Shown here one piece after another: positions 13,187 to 64,000 of a DNA stretch of 64,000 nt; position 1 is the stretch's first letter; the number at the start of each line of letters is the position of its first letter. Source of the DNA: Phoronis australis (taxonomy: Eukaryota; Animalia; Phoronida); NCBI GenBank assembly GCA_002633005.1, contig NMRA01000385.1, positions 366,530 to 430,529 on the forward strand. Reading direction: 5' to 3'. A program made the position numbers and the translations under genes. The notes below the pieces were generated by a model. The model had not been told where the DNA came from and made no database searches. It worked only from the letters and a program-made list of their open reading frames with translations.

Positions 13187-13324
13187 GTTTAAAACATAAG
13201 AACAAAATTTGCTCGTGCACATTGTTTAAACTCCCTGCTGTTCAACTAATACGAGCCGTATCGTTTGTATTTTCACACAAAACGGTGCCAAGCTTTTATT
13301 AAACCTAGCTTTACTGTTTTTCAG

Positions 13325-62673
<49,349 letters not shown>

Positions 62674-64000
62674 GTAAGTCTACACTTATGGTCGTCAGAT
62701 TGGCGCAACCTTAGACAAACCAGAAAGTTTCACGTTAAACGCGAACACGAACTTGTGAGGTTGACATTCTTTGCTTAGTACGTCACAATGTTGACCTACA
62801 TTTCAGTGTTCAGTCTTGTCACACGGTCGGAAACAACGTGAAGATCACTGAGCTTTAATTGCCCATTGATCTTAAAACATCGATGTATGCATTTTTAATG
62901 TTTTTAGAAGAGATGGTGAAGCTGATTTTCCCAGAAGAGTCACACTTATCGGGTGGTAAAAAATAACACAGAAACAGTATACCCTTCGTATCAAAACATT
63001 CCAATTTCCGAAATTTCGGGAAAGCAAATGAAAGGAATGCTTTGGTTGTAAATATTCAAAGAAAACAACAGTAACTGAGAATTTGTGAATCTAACACAAC
63101 ACTTTTTTCTCAATACATTTTTGTGGCCAAAATCACTATTAGCATAAGAAAAATGACAGTTGAGAATTTTTATAACTGGGGTGTTGATTGTTTTTACCGG
63201 GGCAGAATAAAATGAGGTCGCCACAGTCGTAGCTATTGCCACCTCCTTTCGCCTACCACCACGGTTTACGCCTGCAGTCATCACCAGCCAATTGCTGGGA
63301 ATAGTCCGTTTAATGGGTGCCTGGTTTATGATTAACTGGCGTTATTCAATGGAAGTAATTGGTTCCGAAATCAAGAATCAATGCGGAACCTAGAAAACCT
63401 TCTAGTATTCAGTTGACACTGTCATCCTGCTTGCTGCCAACTTGTCCATCTTTTTGTTACCTGAACGATGGCTCTCGCTGTTGCCAATTTGTATATAGTC
63501 ACTTCTGATCAGTGGTTGTCACCGCAGCGTCACTCTGGTGTTGACTCAGGGTTGTCCCCGAGCCTGAGTATGGCGCTGATCGAGCCAGAGACCGTAGATA
63601 GGGAGTCAATTCACCTAGCGAAATCCCATTGGACGGCCACTGGCGGACATTATTGTTTCATGGACCGTAGAGACGTCTAGCGGCCGTGTGTGCAATAAAC
63701 AAATATGGCAAGATACGACGGTCTGTAAAAAACAATGGGGATGTTTGCACTGCTAACTGATGCAGCAACATTTAATTGAAAATTCGTGACTTATGCTTTT
63801 TTGCTTCCCGACTGATTAAGATAGATCATGTTCACGATTGAAACAAACCATGTTTTGCGTGAAACTGTTGCCACTCAACCAGACATGGACTGGGTGGTTT
63901 GAATTTAAGGTCTTTACTGTTCCCCGGCTCTGCATTTGATCGCTCATAAAGAAAATTATATTAAATTGTTTGCATGATTTTGGGAACTACTTATTAGTTT

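Noticed and set aside
63150-63720. Next ABCC exon or an independent gene
   Set aside because: I could not find the expected R.Y..TSRQL.RL motif; the short ORFs are unrecognisable and the region is probably intronic repeat.

Overview
This is animal genomic DNA (AT-rich, with a repeat content typical of a marine invertebrate), not prokaryotic. One protein-coding gene dominates: a + strand long-form ABCC (MRP1/ABCC1-like) transporter. I could trace 22 GT-AG coding exons from 13325 to 62673 (3279 nt, 1093 codons, all intron phases compatible), covering TMD0, L0, TMD1, NBD1, the linker and the first part of TMD2. The gene runs off the right edge and its start codon is uncertain. NBD1 is conserved, but several residues that line the human MRP1 substrate pocket appear replaced. 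The introns and upstream region hold many, often nested, transposons: a full-outline DIRS element (ITRs plus ICR), an ISL2EU element (THAP + YqaJ, AT TSD), Academ elements, Kolobok-type elements with a nanor/P2X7-tail-like ORF, an L1/Tx1-like LINE spanning a 921-N gap, Penelope and BEL/Pao remnants, a Helentron/HINE-like element, a tRNA-derived SINE, 5-bp-TSD MITEs and a hairpin-headed repeat with a tRNA-like segment. I found no CRISPR array, no rRNA or clearly functional tRNA, and no system I can claim as new. The best leads are the remodelled transporter pocket, a 29-bp insertion with TIRs and TSD, a possibly polymorphic ISL2EU insertion, the hairpin/tRNA-like repeat and an unexplained 16-bp motif array. 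All family assignments and comparisons to human MRP1 were made by eye from memory, without database searches.
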